From Octopus sinensis (lineage: Eukaryota), in NCBI RefSeq assembly GCF_006345805.1, contig NC_042997.1, forward strand, positions 10,602,001 to 10,666,000: 64,000 bases of DNA, written 5' to 3'. A program made the translations under genes and the position numbers. Under the pieces are notes generated by a model. That model was not told the DNA's origin and made no database searches. It worked only from the letters and a program-made list of their open reading frames with translations. Below are positions 1 through 15,696 of this stretch, piece by piece; positions within the stretch are counted from its first letter, which is position 1; the number at the start of each line of letters is the position of its first letter.

Positions 1-394
1 TTCTTTAAATGTGCATGAAACCACCCAAGGACCTGTCTTGGTTTCACTTAACATTTGGATGAATTAATCAATCTGTTGTTATATTGATAAAAAAAAATCT
101 TGATAAGAAATGAATATCACAATAGCTTCTATGAAGCAAGTAATACTTTTCAACTGCTTATGAATACTTCTGATGAGAAAATGTCAAGATGTGTAGGTCT
201 GGTAAGGTCGAGAAGTTAACCGATTAGTTTCACAACGATGAGTTCATAATGATAACTGCGTGGGCCCTTGGTTATGAATATTCTACTAAAGCTCTCGGAT
301 TGCCCAAAGCTTTGTCAGCTAAACTGAGTTGATGGAATCTGTACTGTAGCCCACTGAACGCCTTATAGTTGTGTGTGTGTGTGTTTGTGTGTTT

Positions 395-446
<52 letters not shown>

Positions 447-449
<3 letters not shown>

Positions 450-2038
450 ATTGTTGATGCTACTGTTGTACCTTTTTTAGCCTCAAAGAAACCCTGCCTC
501 AGCAGATGTATGATGTGGTACAAAGAATTTGCAACCATTCTGTCTTCGTATGGATACTTTGAACTACATTATCTAACGTACCTTTCATTTCTTTTGACAG
601 TAGGGAGCGATTTGATGGTGATTTGGCTGATACATCTAGTAGGCTGAGTAATAATACAGAGGCACAATATTTGACATGTGACTATTCGTGTATATGGGTG
701 TGTATATATAGAGCAGAAGGAAGTTTTTTTTCAGTAATTATATATTTTCGGTAACAACATTTCACCGCCCTATTTGGAATAATTATCGTTGCCATAAATA
801 CAGTTGTTTTGTTTTTCTCCATAGTGTTTCGCCTTCCGCATTTATGAGAGCTGTACCTTAGTATCAAATAATTGAATACACAGGCGTTTAGAATTCTAAG
901 GATGTATATTCAAACACATAAAAAAAACATAAAATACCCAATTCATTTGAAATATATACATATATAAAACACCTCACATGTGTGTACACACACACACACA
1001 CATATATATATAGTTCAAATGTACAGAAAACAATAGAAGAAAACAGGTGAGGGAACAAAAAGCAGATGCTTTAGTTTGACGCTCAGATGGAATGGAAAAG
1101 TCTTTGACATATTGAGCCTATGCTCTTTGACCGAAAGGGATGAGAGGAGAAAATAGAGAAAGGAAAAATTGGAGAGAGAAAAAATGTGTCGGGATTAACG
1201 GTTTAACATGTGTGTATACGTGTGTGTGTGTGTGGTGTGTGTGTTGTGTGTGTGTGTGTGTGTGTGCAGATTGTTGATGCTACTGTTGTACCTTTTTTAG
1301 CCTCAAAGAAACCCTGCCTCAGCAGATGTATGATGTGGTACAAAGAATTTGCAACCATTCTGTCTTCGTATGGATACTTTGAACTACATTATCTAACGTA
1401 CCTTTCATTTCTTTTGACAGTAGGGAGCGATTTGATGGTGATTTGGCTGATACATCTAGTAGGCTGAGTAATAATACAGAGGCACAATATTTGACATGTG
1501 ACTATTCGTGTATATGGGTGTGTATATATAGAGCAGAAGGAAGTTTTTTTTCAGTAATTATATATTTTCGGTAACAACATTTCACCGCCCTATTTGGAAT
1601 AATTATCGTTGCCATAAATACAGTTGTTTTGTTTTTCTCCATAGTGTTTCGCCTTCCGCATTTATGAAGAGCTGTACCTTAGTATCAAATAATTGAATAC
1701 ACAGGCGTTTAGAATTTCTAAGGATGTATATTCAAACACATAAAAAAAACATAAAATACCCAATTCATTTGAAATATATACATATATAAAACACCTCACA
1801 TGTGTGTACACACACACACACATATATATATAGTTCAAATGTACAGAAAACAATAGAAGAAAACAGGTGAGGGAACAAAAAGCAGATGCTTTAGTTTGAC
1901 GCTCAGATGGAATGGAAAAGTCTTTGACATATTGAGCCTATGCTCTTTGACCGAAAGGGATGAGAGGAGAAAATAGAGAAAGGAAAAATTGGAGAGAGAA
2001 AAAAATGTGTCGGGATTAACGGTTTAACATGTGTGTAT

Positions 2039-2041
<3 letters not shown>
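447..2041. repeat. Tandem duplication of an ~820-bp unit (447-1220 and 1267-2041) bounded by (TG)n tracts
   Basis: Both copies begin CAGATTGTTGATGCTACTG (447, 1267) and end GTGTGTATACG (1220, 2041). The differences I saw are three 1-bp indels and one CA unit. (TG)n tracts lie at all three junctions. Confidence 0.95.
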
Positions 2042-2104
<63 letters not shown>

Positions 2105-2556
2105 TGCGTGTGTGTGTGTATGTGAAGGTAGGTAGGTATGTAGGTAGGCAAGTAGGTAGGTAAGTAGGTAGGTAGGTTTTTGGGTAAATATGATATGGAA
2201 TATTGCCGGATCAAAGAGTGTATCCAGCAAGAAAATTCACCGTGCAATTGAAAGATCTATCGGCAGAGTAGAGAAAAGTCATCGTGTGTCAGTTCAGGCT
2301 ACTTAAAATATTATTCAGTGTTTCATTTCCTCTCTTTCTCTCTCTCTCCCACTCTCTCTATCATTCTATCAATCTCTGTCCCCATCCCTCTCTCTCTTTC
2401 ACCCTCTCTCTCTTCTCTCTCTCTCTCTCTCTAAATTTACACATACATATACTATATGCTTGTGTGTATGTATAATGCATTTAACATACAGACATGCATA
2501 TGCAAATATATGTTTATACGTGCATATAATACATATATATGTGCGTATATATATAT

Positions 2557-2597
<41 letters not shown>

Positions 2598-2759
2598 TGT
2601 GTGTGTGTGTGTGCGTGTGTGTGTGGGCAGTATACACAAGCATAATATATGCCCTGCCTCTGAAATATGACATTAACTTTACATTTCATTCATGTTTAAA
2701 TTATGCATCACTTAATATTGTACCTGTTATATATAAACGTATAAAAATATGATAATACA

Positions 2760-2855
2760 TTATATATGAATATATTCATACATATATATATATATACATT
2801 TTATATACAAATGGATAAATATATATGTATGCATGTATATGTATATATATATATA

Positions 2856-2914
<59 letters not shown>

Positions 2915-3048
2915 ATACATACATATATATAAAGATACAATATATATATATATACATATATATATACAATATATATATATATACATATATATATATGTAT
3001 ATATATATGTATATATATGTATATATATATGTATATATATATATATAG

Positions 3049-3085
<37 letters not shown>

Positions 3086-3097
3086 ATGTATGTATAT

Positions 3098-3175
<78 letters not shown>
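2760..3175. repeat. Degenerate (TA)n microsatellite
   Basis: Directly visible; source of the YIYI ORFs. Confidence 0.95.
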
Positions 3176-3176
<1 letters not shown>

Positions 3177-3688
3177 GCATGCATGCACCCATACATACAT
3201 ATTGCAAAAGTTACAGAAAGGAATATACGAACATACATTATGGGACATTAATGGGATAGTAAAGTTTAATGATATGACACTAGCGTATTTTAGCACAATG
3301 CAACAATACAGTGGAGTGGTTTGGCTTAAATGGAAAATATTTTTATAGGGAGAGCTAAACAGGAAACTATTTGGTATGTGCGTCACGCGATTTTAAAGTA
3401 ATTCTTTGTTATCCTAAATCAACTGAAGACACGTCACATTCCAATCCGGGATTTTAACAGTAATACAATAGTAATACAATAGTAATACAACAGGAATAAA
3501 ATAGTAGAAACAGCACCAACAGTGACAATACAAGTAGTTTTCAAAACAATAATACGACGAACTAGCGTGAGGCTTTCTTCATCGGCTAAAAACAGCAGCC
3601 TAATCTCTCCTGAATCATACAAAATTGAAAGACATTGGATTAATAGTATTAGTTATAGTTCAACTACAATAGAAACCAAGTCTTTTGG

Positions 3689-4094
3689 TTTACTCTTTTA
3701 CTCTTTTACTTGTTTCAGGCATTTGACTGTGGCCATGCTGAAGCACCGCCTTTAGTCGAACAAATCGACCCCAGGACTTATTCTCTGTAAGCCTAGTACT
3801 TATTCTATCGGTCTCTTTTGCCGAGCCGATAAGTTACGAGGAGGTAAGCACACCAGTATCGGTTGTCAAGCGATGTTGGGGGGACAAACACAGACACACA
3901 AACATATATATATATATATATATATATTTATTATATAGAAGGAGCTTCTACAGGACTAGAACTGTTTCATTCAAGAGCCTCTTGAATGAAACAGTTCTAG
4001 TCCTGTAGAAGCTCCTCTATATAATAAATTAATTTTACTCTGCTATGTATTGAGTACCTTATTTACTGTGGTAACCCCGAATCAACCCGGGACC

Positions 4095-4162
<68 letters not shown>

Positions 4163-4340
4163 CATATATATATATACGACGGGCTTCTTTCAGTTCCCGT
4201 CTACGAAATCCACTCACAATGCTTTGGTCGACTCGAGGCTATAGTAGAAGACACTTGCCAAAGGGGCTACCCAGTGGGTCTGAACCCAGAACCATGTGGT
4301 CGGTAAGCAAGCTACTTACCACACAGCCACTCCTACGCCT
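3689..4340 (-). mobile_element. tRNA-derived SINE family 1 (octopus OR-type), interrupted by a palindromic insert
   Basis: On the minus strand: head AGGCG-AGGAGTGGCTGTGTGGTAAG with A box and B box (GGTTCAGACCC), an internal (TA)/(TG) tract and a (GTAAAAGA)n tail. Many near-identical copies occur in the window. Confidence 0.9.
3926..4098 (+). mobile_element. Near-perfect ~104-bp palindrome plus tail; probable 5'-truncated Penelope-like element end inserted in (TA)n
   Basis: Arms 3926-3977 and 3979-4029 are reverse complements apart from one indel, with a 1-nt loop. The right arm carries GAAAC-agttcta-GTC, resembling the 3' half of a hammerhead core. It sits in the SINE's TA tract. Confidence 0.55.
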
Positions 4341-4994
4341 ATATAAAAATGATGAACAACCTTAATCGATTTTCGAACCTTTTTGGGTTCTCATCAGAGG
4401 TGTCCACATCATTCTGACAGAAATAGCAGCGATGTCTCCTTTAAATAATACCCTATCAAATCAAAAAGTGACACATTGGATGACGATATGCTCTACCTAC
4501 GACAGGACACTCATGGGTGAAATGATTATGCTAGAGCTTGATCAGGGTTGATCTGGGTTAAATAGTAGCAACAAAGCAAAATATCGGCAACCTGAAAAAT
4601 ATTGTTAACAACAAGCGTTACTGCAATATCGTCATGAAATAACGAATTTATATATGATTAGTACTTATGTTATCAACTCCAAAATAATGAAAGACACACT
4701 CCAAACCTGCAGGATTTACCTCTTAACGGAAAAGAACGTATGTCAATGCAATGCATCATCATACGGTGTCTACTACGGAATTGCTAACGCTACCAACAAT
4801 ATTAACGGTATTGTTGCTAGCTAACAAGAGCAATAAACGTTATCGGAAGCAACGATGCAATGAGGCTCTTACTACTATACAGTGAAAATAGGAAAAATAT
4901 TCTTTTCTTTGCTACTCTAGGCACAAAGCCCGAAATTTGGGGGGAGAGGGCCAGTCGATTAGATCGACTCCAGTACGCAACTGGTACTTAATTA

Positions 4995-5610
4995 AGACCC
5001 TAGGAATATTTGGGTCGTCCTAGCAGAGTGGGAGGGAGCGTTGCTATGCATAAATACGAGATTCCTCAGAAGTGACAGCAGTATATCATCTGGCCAGGGA
5101 TCCAAGACCTCCTTCAGAAGATAGCAGTAGGCGGCTGCGGCCACTTTAACCTCTTCAAGCACCCTGACTGGCCCATCAAAGTCTGTCCCCAATGATACCA
5201 GCCCACAACATGATTCCTCTACCCAACTGTTGACGTCGTAAATGTTGGTGATGCTCATCTTCAAAATAGACCCAGCCATTTCCCGAACTGTCAGATTCGT
5301 CAAGAGTCGCCCTGGATTCGTCAGTGAACAGAACACAACTCATGTCTAACGTCATGACGTCTTGGGCCCGTTGAAGCCTCAAACTCCTGTGGTGAGGCAG
5401 TTTCAGCGGTTCTCTAAGGGAAGCCATGGTCCCGAGGATGCGATTTCTGGTGGGTTTTTCGATACATGAGGAAGTCTGGAGGCGGTGAAAATAGCTTTGC
5501 TTGTTTGTCCAGGTTTCCCACGTGACTTGCGGCCAATATACCTTAAATCCCTAACTGCCACAGTCCTGGAGGTCCCAAATCGTATCATTTCTTCCTTAGC
5601 GCTCATGTGT
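4995..5610 (-). pseudogene. Decayed Tc1-family transposase fragment
   Basis: Frameshifted peptides VLFTDESRATLD...RRQQLGRGIMLWAGIIG and LVFMHSNAPSHSAR match the Tc1 first-Asp (FTDES) and second-Asp (QDNAP.H) motif regions. Confidence 0.85.
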
Positions 5611-5662
5611 CTGAATAGTTCATTATGTCAATAGATATTATAATATTAATATGCTTTGTCTA

Positions 5663-6046
5663 AGGCGGTGAACTGGCGAAATCGTTAACACGCCGAGCGA
5701 AATGCGTAGCCGTATTTCGCCCGCCGTTAAGTTCTGAGTTCAAATTCCGCCGAGGCTGACTTTGCCTTTCATCCTTTCGGGGTCGATAAATTAAGTACCA
5801 GTTACGCACTGGAGTCGATATAATCGGCTTAATCCGTTTCACTGTCCTTGTTTGTCCTATGTTTAGCCCCTTGTAAGTAGTAAAGAAATAGGTATTTTAT
5901 TCGTCTTTACGTTCTGAGTCCAAATTCCGCCGAAGTCGACTTTGTCTTTCTTGGGTCGATAAATTAAGTACCAGTTGCCTACTGGGGTCGATCTAATCGA
6001 CTAGCCCCCTTCTCAAAAATTTCAGGCTTTGTGCCTAGAGTATAAA
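5663..6046 (+). mobile_element. tRNA-derived SINE family 2 with Nin/Deu-like central domain (dimeric copy)
   Basis: Head AGGCGGTGAACTGGCGAAATCG and B box GTTCAAATTCC. The domain TTTGCCTTTCATCCTTTCGGGGTCGATAAATTAAGTACCAG is present twice, the second copy partly deleted. Confidence 0.85.
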
Positions 6047-6444
6047 AATCCCGAAACTAGTCCGAGCGTATCACTCAGGCTTGCGAGGAAGGGATGGCCT
6101 CCCTTTGCAAATACTCCAAGGGCACTGATATGGTGTCTAAAGCCAGCTAGAGACGACGATCTCTTGGGGCTATAAAGCTAAAGTAACACCCCCTCCCCAA
6201 TGTGATTAGCCATGATAAGATGGCTTCTATACTTTACAATATTATTATGGTTTTCTGTTAAATATATAATCGACGTATGCTTAATATGTATCATTACCGA
6301 ATACTTGTAGCTGATGCGCTTTTGATGAGAGGTTTGCTGAATGAGAGCTGAGCTGGAGCAACATCAATAGTGACACAACAAACTAACACGATAAAGTCTC
6401 AATCTTTTTGTGCAACTGACGCTCTACCGACTCTGATAACAATA

Positions 6445-6662
6445 ATTTTTTTCTAGCATATGCCTAAGACCTGAAAAATTAGTGGAGAGGAATTCCTTGA
6501 TGATATTGGCACCAGCAGTTCAATATTAATTTATTCTATCAGTCCTGAAAAGATATAAAAGACAAAGTTGGCCTCGGTCGGCTCTGAAATCAGAGTGTAG
6601 GTAGTCAAATACGCAAAGGTATTTTGTCCAAAGTTTCAACGATTCTGCCAACCCACCATCCT
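6445..6662 (-). mobile_element. SINE family 2, diverged copy
   Basis: Reverse-complement similarity to 5663-6046 (AAAGTTGGCCTCGGTCGG...AACGATTCTGCCA). Confidence 0.6.
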
Positions 6663-7264
6663 CATAAAAACTGTTTCTTATACAGACATAAAGCATGAAT
6701 GTCGATGAAAGGGAGTTAAATCCATACCATTGGCTCCAGTAGCTGACGCACTTCATTTTATAGACTCAGAAAGGACGAAGTGCAAAACAGGCCTCAGTAA
6801 AGAGTCTGAACTAATACCGTAAAATACTTTGTCCAACACAGTAACAATTCAATCAATGCACCGCGCTCTCTGCCATCTGTAACAATAACTTTATAACAAT
6901 ATCAAATACGAGCAAACAATACTCTAGATAGTTACTAGATTTAGTAAGATAGAAACCAAATCGGTTCTAACTAATCAAAAAAAGGAAGGGGACACTGAAT
7001 ATAAGAATTTTAGATTTGCTTAGTCTAAAAATTATACGAGATATTCGTGATTAGAATCTGTTCAATAAGAGCTGAGTTGATCTAGGGTGCAATGACAGCA
7101 ATTCACTACAGCAAGAATAATAACTTCTACGCTTGTAATAACAGTTGCAAAGAGGATAACATAAGAAATAGCACAGCTTCTCCCGGCTTCAGACGTAACC
7201 AGCAATGATTCTCAGGCTTCGACTAACGAAGCTCTCACCTCCGTATGCTTGTATTTTAGTCCGA

Positions 7265-7915
7265 GTCAGCGCTGATCGACTAAACCAGAGGGGTCCCAAT
7301 GATCCATGAAGATCCATATAAGATTTGTTGTTAAAATTTATGTGCAATAAATTGGTTATATTTCTAGAATATACAAAATATTTTTTTTTTATTTTTATAC
7401 AATTCCTAATAATATCTTTATATATAAAACTGTAGTTGTGTGAGTGTCTGTCCCTTCGATTTAGATTCCTAACAACTCCCACATTTTGCGGTGCAGTTTA
7501 ACCAAAACCGGGTATCTTATAGTCGTGATTGATATCGAGCCCTTCTGGGTATTAGCGCGCGTCTACGATGAGTCTACGATTTTAAAAATAATTTACCATC
7601 ATTTTTTTCCATTTTCATGCATATATTTTTAAAGGGAAGTAACTCTCTAAAAATGTCTACGATGAGTCAACGATTTTTAAAAAATTTACCATCATATTTT
7701 TTCCATTTTTAATGCATTTTTTTGCTATTTTTTGGCTATAACTCTAAAAATGCTGTATAGTTATTTCCCTTACAAACCCGAGCAACGCCGGGCGATACTG
7801 CTAGTTCAATTATAAAAATATAAGATTTTTTTAAAACATTGAATGGTTATAAGGGGCCACCTGAGTAAAATAGGAATCGAAGAGATCCACAAGCAAAAAA
7901 TATTAAAAGTCCACT
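7265..7915. mobile_element. Old hAT-like MITE split by the Helitron
   Basis: GGGGTCC/GATCCA subterminal motifs near both ends, and the AT-rich interior continues across the Helitron. TIRs are decayed. Confidence 0.4.
7415..7804 (+). mobile_element. Non-autonomous Helitron
   Basis: A|TC start (TCTTTATATATAAAA), 3' GC hairpin CCCGAGCAACGCCGGG (7777-7792), terminal CTAG|T and no TSD. Internal ~94-bp tandem repeat at 7561 and 7655. Confidence 0.9.
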
Positions 7916-8413
7916 TTTTTTTCTTTTCTCTTTTTATTTATCAAGTGTTTCACTAAGACCCTTCTTTTAATAGAACAGTGGGATGTATTTGATAAGTGCC
8001 CAAATTCCCCTAGAAGCTCGTTCGGCAGAACAACGAGGCACATTTTACGATTAAAAGCAGCAAGGAATAAGGCATGGCAACAGAAACAACAACAGTTACA
8101 AAAACGATAGCAATTACATGAAGAGTATTTAACTCACACCACAACAGTGTTAGAGATCAACAACAACAAAAGAGGTGACAATAACGACAGCTACAACAAC
8201 ACTGTTGCATTATAAACATTAATTTTGCACAAAAGGTAAATACACTAATGTTAAATGAACAAAGGTTCAACACACAAAAGGCAAATGAACACACAAAGTT
8301 AAATGTACAAATATTAAGATGAACAATAGAGAAATAATTGTACAAAATGTGGAATGAAAACAAATAGAAGTTCAAGCTAATTCAATAATAGTGTTTAATA
8401 CGTCGCGAGTTTA

Positions 8414-8850
<437 letters not shown>

Positions 8851-9054
8851 AACTGCTATGAAATTCTGCGCATTCTATGTACAATACTCTCTTTCAATAG
8901 GATTTTGAAAAACACAGCGTCAAGACAAAACACTCCAAGACGCACAAAGCTGTGCACGATTGCACAGTGGAAATATGCAATAAAAATAATAATGATATTA
9001 ATACTGGAATGATAAGAATTTCTACCTTTATATTATTAATAATGATTTCCATAA

Positions 9055-9098
<44 letters not shown>

Positions 9099-9713
9099 TA
9101 GTAGTAGTAGTAGTAAAGAGATGGGGGGGATGATAATATTCGTAATAATAGAATTATAATTAGAATGTTATTAAAAAAGGATTATAAAGAACATCTTAAC
9201 ACTTTCTGTTGCAACTCGATGTAATATAGTTATTTACAATAATGGACAAATCTATTGAATACATATATGAGGAAATGAAATGATTAGCGCCAATTCAATA
9301 ATAATCTTTGAACGAATCAACTGACGATTGAATGTGTGTCACTGTATGTATTATTGTATATAGGGATGTTGGATATTACGTGCTTTTGAAATTGTATAGT
9401 TAATGTTATTTATATGTGTGCAAATTAGAGGGGTGTTGTGGATAGAAATGTGTGTGGCCATACGAACGTGTCTTGCTGGAATGATGTCTGTTTGTTACTA
9501 TTTTCCGAAAACTAATTCAATAACTATTTTCAGAGAATTCTTTTATATGTCTTTCGTTCAGTCACTCTATTTATCTATCTGCATATCTATCTATCTATCT
9601 ATCTATCTATCCATCTCTCTTTCGTCACTCTGCATGTATAAAAATAAATAAATGTATGTGTGGGTGTACTTTGTGTGTGTGTTTGTATGTATGCATGATA
9701 TCCATTACACACG

Positions 9714-9786
<73 letters not shown>

Positions 9787-9788
<2 letters not shown>

Positions 9789-10152
9789 CTCTTTTACTAG
9801 TTTCAGTCATTTGACTGTGGCCATGCTGGAGCACCGACTTTAGTCGAGCACATCGACCCCCAAGACTTATTCTTTGTAAACCTAGTACCTATTGTATCGT
9901 TCTCTTTTGCCGAACTGCTAAGTTAAGGGGAAAAACACAGACACACAAACATATGCACACACATACATATATATAAATATATACATATATACGACGGGTT
10001 TCTTTCAGTTTCCGTCTATCAAATCCACTCACAAGGCTTTGGTCGACCCGAGGCTATAGTAGAAGACACTTGCCCAAGATTCCACGCAGTTGGACTGAAC
10101 CGAAAACCATGTAGTTCGTAAGCAAGCTACTTACCACATAGCCACTACTACG

Positions 10153-10155
<3 letters not shown>
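9787..10155 (-). mobile_element. SINE family 1
   Basis: Same head, body and tail as 3689-4340, with an internal deletion. Confidence 0.9.
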
Positions 10156-10188
<33 letters not shown>

Positions 10189-10839
10189 AGTATATATAAA
10201 TATATACATATAAATTATACATATAAACATATAGACTTATAAATTATGCATATATGTATACATACGTACATATACATTATTCATATATACATGTATATGT
10301 AGGTTTGTGGGCGAGCCCTTAAGTGTGTGGGGAGGGTGTGGTGGGGGCGTATGCGTGCGTGTTTATGTTGGTATGCCTATAACTGATGCGTCACGATTCG
10401 CTTGTGCTATATTCCTGGTAATGCTGCATAGAACTTCCTCTTCAAAATTTAATATTATGAAAAAAAAACACGCAACAGCATTAAAATTTTATCAAAAGGG
10501 ACAACCATCTTACTTTCGTATGGTTTACATGTATGATACTGAGGACATGAATTTAACATGTGTTTTGCATGTGCCTAGATGAAAATTCCAAATACTCTCC
10601 GCCTTACAATTGAATATATGCATTGAAAGAATGTGAGGCATACTTTTTCACCTGTATCAGCAACAAGTTAAATTTCGACACCTTTCAGTGGGTTTTGGCA
10701 TTGTTTTGAATCTATGTTTTCATGCTGGTTCACACTGCATTCGCTTGAATAATAGATTAAAATTCGCAACTTCTAATAGAATAGAATATCTACTTTATGT
10801 ACAGAGTTTGTAAACATGGGCATTCACCTGTATATAGCA

Positions 10840-11923
<1,084 letters not shown>

Positions 11924-12779
11924 CAGAGAGAGGTTTATGAACTATCATACAACATAAATTCTTGATTTATTAAGATTATCTGTGCCTCTACAGGATGTGC
12001 CATAATTACCAACTGGCAATTCAACCAGTTCCTCTTGAAAAGGGGAGATAATCTCATGATTCAAGATTTCAACGAAGTTGACGTGTTATTAAGGAAAAGG
12101 ACAAACTTACTGTCTGGGAATTAGAGGACGGCCGTGGAAATATATTCCTGTTTCAACAGCCGTCGTCCTTGTTTTATCCTTTGCAACAAAAAGAATACAA
12201 CCAGAAAACCAAGACCGCCACTCTCAAAGTGTCAGTCCATCATCATGTAACTATGAAGAAGACGTGGGAATCGAAAAGAGGCAGTAGAAAACTGCTTCGA
12301 CCGTGCAAAGAAGAGACAGGGAAGCAAAATCCATATCAAAAAACGTGCATCCCAAGAGAAGGCAAATAGAACGTACAAGATGTCCCCTTCCCCAGGACAC
12401 ATATTTCATGATAGAGCAAAATACCAATATCTTCCTTATGGAACAAATGGAAACCTCTTCCAGCACGACGATAATGACCAGATGCTTATTAGAGAGATGG
12501 AAACAACCGGAAGATTTCAAAAGACAATCGGAAGACAGAGCATTAGTGAAAACCAAACTACTAAACTGTCATAAGCTGAAAATCCTACGACCTGGGATTC
12601 GACTTGTAAAGTCCAATGCTAAAAAAGTGATCATGGTTTCGTTGGATGCATTAGATTCCAATATGAAGAGTGGTAGGCAGACACAGCAATTCGTGGGATA
12701 TTCTGACCCAATCCTACTGACGGTTTCTCACCAGTACATGGCTAGATCAACCTGGTTTTTTCTATCCTTTTCAATTATA

Positions 12780-13193
12780 TACTCTTTTACTCTTTTACTC
12801 TTTTACTTGTTTCAGTCATTTGACTGCGGCCATGCTGGAGCACCGCCTTTAGTCGAGCAAATCGACCCCGGGACTTATTCTTTGTAAGCCCAGTACTTAT
12901 TCTATCGGTCTCTTTTTTGCCGAACCGCTAAGTGACGGGGACTTAAACACACCAGCATCGGTTATCAAGCAATGCTAGGGGGACACAGACACACAAACAC
13001 ACACATATATTTATATATATACATATATACGACAGGCTTCTTTCAATTTCCGTCTACCAAATCCACTCACAAGGCATTGGTCGGCCCGGGGCTATAGCAG
13101 AAGACACTTGCCCAAGATGCCACGCAGTGGGACTGAACCTGGAACCATGTAGTTGGTTAGCAAGCTACTTACCACACAGCCACTCCTGCGCCT
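12780..13193 (-). mobile_element. SINE family 1 (young, full length)
   Basis: A box, B box GGTTCAGTCCC, body and (GTAAAAGA)3 tail. Confidence 0.92.
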
Positions 13194-13210
13194 TATCTAT
13201 TTGTTTTGTG

Positions 13211-14330
13211 TACGAGGTCGGCTGAAAAGTTCGTAAGCTGATCAAGGTACTCTCATGGAATGAGACATAGTGATGTTTATCTTTCAGCATAGTCCCCCTT
13301 GTGGTCCACACATTTCTTCCATCGGTGTTGCAGTGCATGGATCCAATCAGTGAAGAAGCTTTCATCCTGCTGGTCAAAAGAGTTATCAACGGCAGATATG
13401 ACGTCAATATCACTGCGAGACTAATTCCCTGTCTAGTGTTTTCCATGTTGGGGAATAGATGCATTCGAATCAGGCGGATAAGAAGAGTGAGCAACTAGGT
13501 CAAAGCCCGCCACGCACTGCAGTGATTGAGACCAAGAACATGTATGCTGGAGCATTGTTCTGATGAAACAAGACCCCTTTCGTCAGTTTTCCTGACCGTT
13601 TCATTTTGTTAGCTTTTAGAACTGTCTTAACAAGTTGGTATAAACACAATGCCTTTTGCATCCCCAAATATAGAGGCCATTACCTTCCCTGCAGTTGAAA
13701 TGACCTTGGTTTTCTTTGGAGCTGGTGAGGAGAGATGTTTCCACTCATAGATTATTTCTTTGTCTCTAGTTAAAAGTGATGAACTCAACACTCATCCTAG
13801 CTTAAGAAATGTTCAAGTCAACCAATTGGATCTGCCTGAAACAATGTTAGATTTTCCATTGTTGTGATCAGCCCGATGCGCTTTTGATCAGGTGCCAGAG
13901 CACGTGGCACCCACCGAGCAGAAGCCTTTGTCATGCTATGTTCATTGTGCAGAATATTCTCAACTCCCTCACAGATGACGCTAATAGCACTGAATATTTG
14001 ATCTATAATTAATCGCCTGTCAATCTCTGCCATTTGGTGAATACATTCTATGTTTTCTTCTGTGGTAGCTATTGCAGAACCTTGGGTCATCTTCAAAACT
14101 CTTTCTTCCACTCCTAAATTCAGGTGCCCACTTTTCACCGTTGAAAAAGTTGGAGCGTCATCCCTTGATGCAGCAGCCATGTAAGTATGAGTGTTCTTGG
14201 GAACAAATCCCTTTTTCTGCAGGTGTTTGATAACACCACAATGCCAAATTTAGTCGATTTTCAAGAGAAGTTGCAACTAGTTACTTTTGAAAATTCTTTC
14301 AACAGACAGATGCCAGTTTACCTGGATTTC
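13211..14330 (-). pseudogene. Decayed mariner transposon
   Basis: End TA-CGAGGTCGGCTGAAAAGTTC is typical of a mariner TIR. ORF 13818-14180 contains the HTH region and ARWVPR (WVPHEL-like motif). Multiple stops and frameshifts. Confidence 0.88.
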
Positions 14331-15207
14331 TAACTCCTTTGATCACAGATCTGTTTGAGCAGAGCTAATATGAGGCTAAACAATAACAGCTCGTAACTTA
14401 TAATTCCCGTAACTTTTTTACCACAAAATAAAACCACCGATACAAAAGATGCTGCACGTTAATTTGGTAATATTTTCCATGGCTTCTCTTCTCTAAAAAT
14501 CAAGTACTAAGAGACGATGCCTTTAAAGCATTTTAAATAGCAATGGATTCTAATAGAAGGTTATGACTAACTTTTCTTTATGGCAAACATAAAAATTTGA
14601 ATAAATCTATAATTAAAAAGTCACTGCAAACAGAATGAGTATGTAATTAACAAAAGTACATTTGAGAACGCTGCGACACAGCAAAACCTATTTTTCAATA
14701 AAGGGAGAGTATTCACAAATTAAAATCAGATTTATCACTTCTTATCAACTAATGTGTAATGTTAAATTTGGCTGCCATAATACATTTTGATTTATGAACA
14801 CTTCAGTATAATCCTAAATAATGGATGGCCATGTCGAAACGATGACCCGAATATCCTTGATTCTGTGTCGTCGATATTGAATATGTCATTATATACTATA
14901 TAAAGATACGATTAGTTAATGATTTAAAAATACTTTAAGCTTGACTACAGAGGTGAAGTGACGGACTTCTTATTAAAACTTTAGACCAACAACATCTGTT
15001 TTCAAGGTTATTGTTGCCTTATGTTATGTTTCTGAGAAAGACATTTGATCTTATGTGTCTGAATTAATCTTGCTGCTAGGTATTTATGCAGAAGACAGGG
15101 CAATCTATCGAGAATTATCTTTCATTTCCTAACTACTTTAGGTAATAACCACTAGCGCTCAAAATCTGTTCGTATACATCTATGCTCAGCGCAACAAAGA
15201 TGAATAC

Positions 15208-15696
<489 letters not shown>

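Noticed and set aside
12635-12660. GFVGCIR peptide resembling a laminin-G motif
   Set aside because: Stops on both sides in the same frame, no splice sites and no further domain similarity.
12780-13193. tRNA genes suggested by A and B boxes in SINE heads
   Set aside because: No complete cloverleaf, and the heads run into multi-copy SINE bodies.
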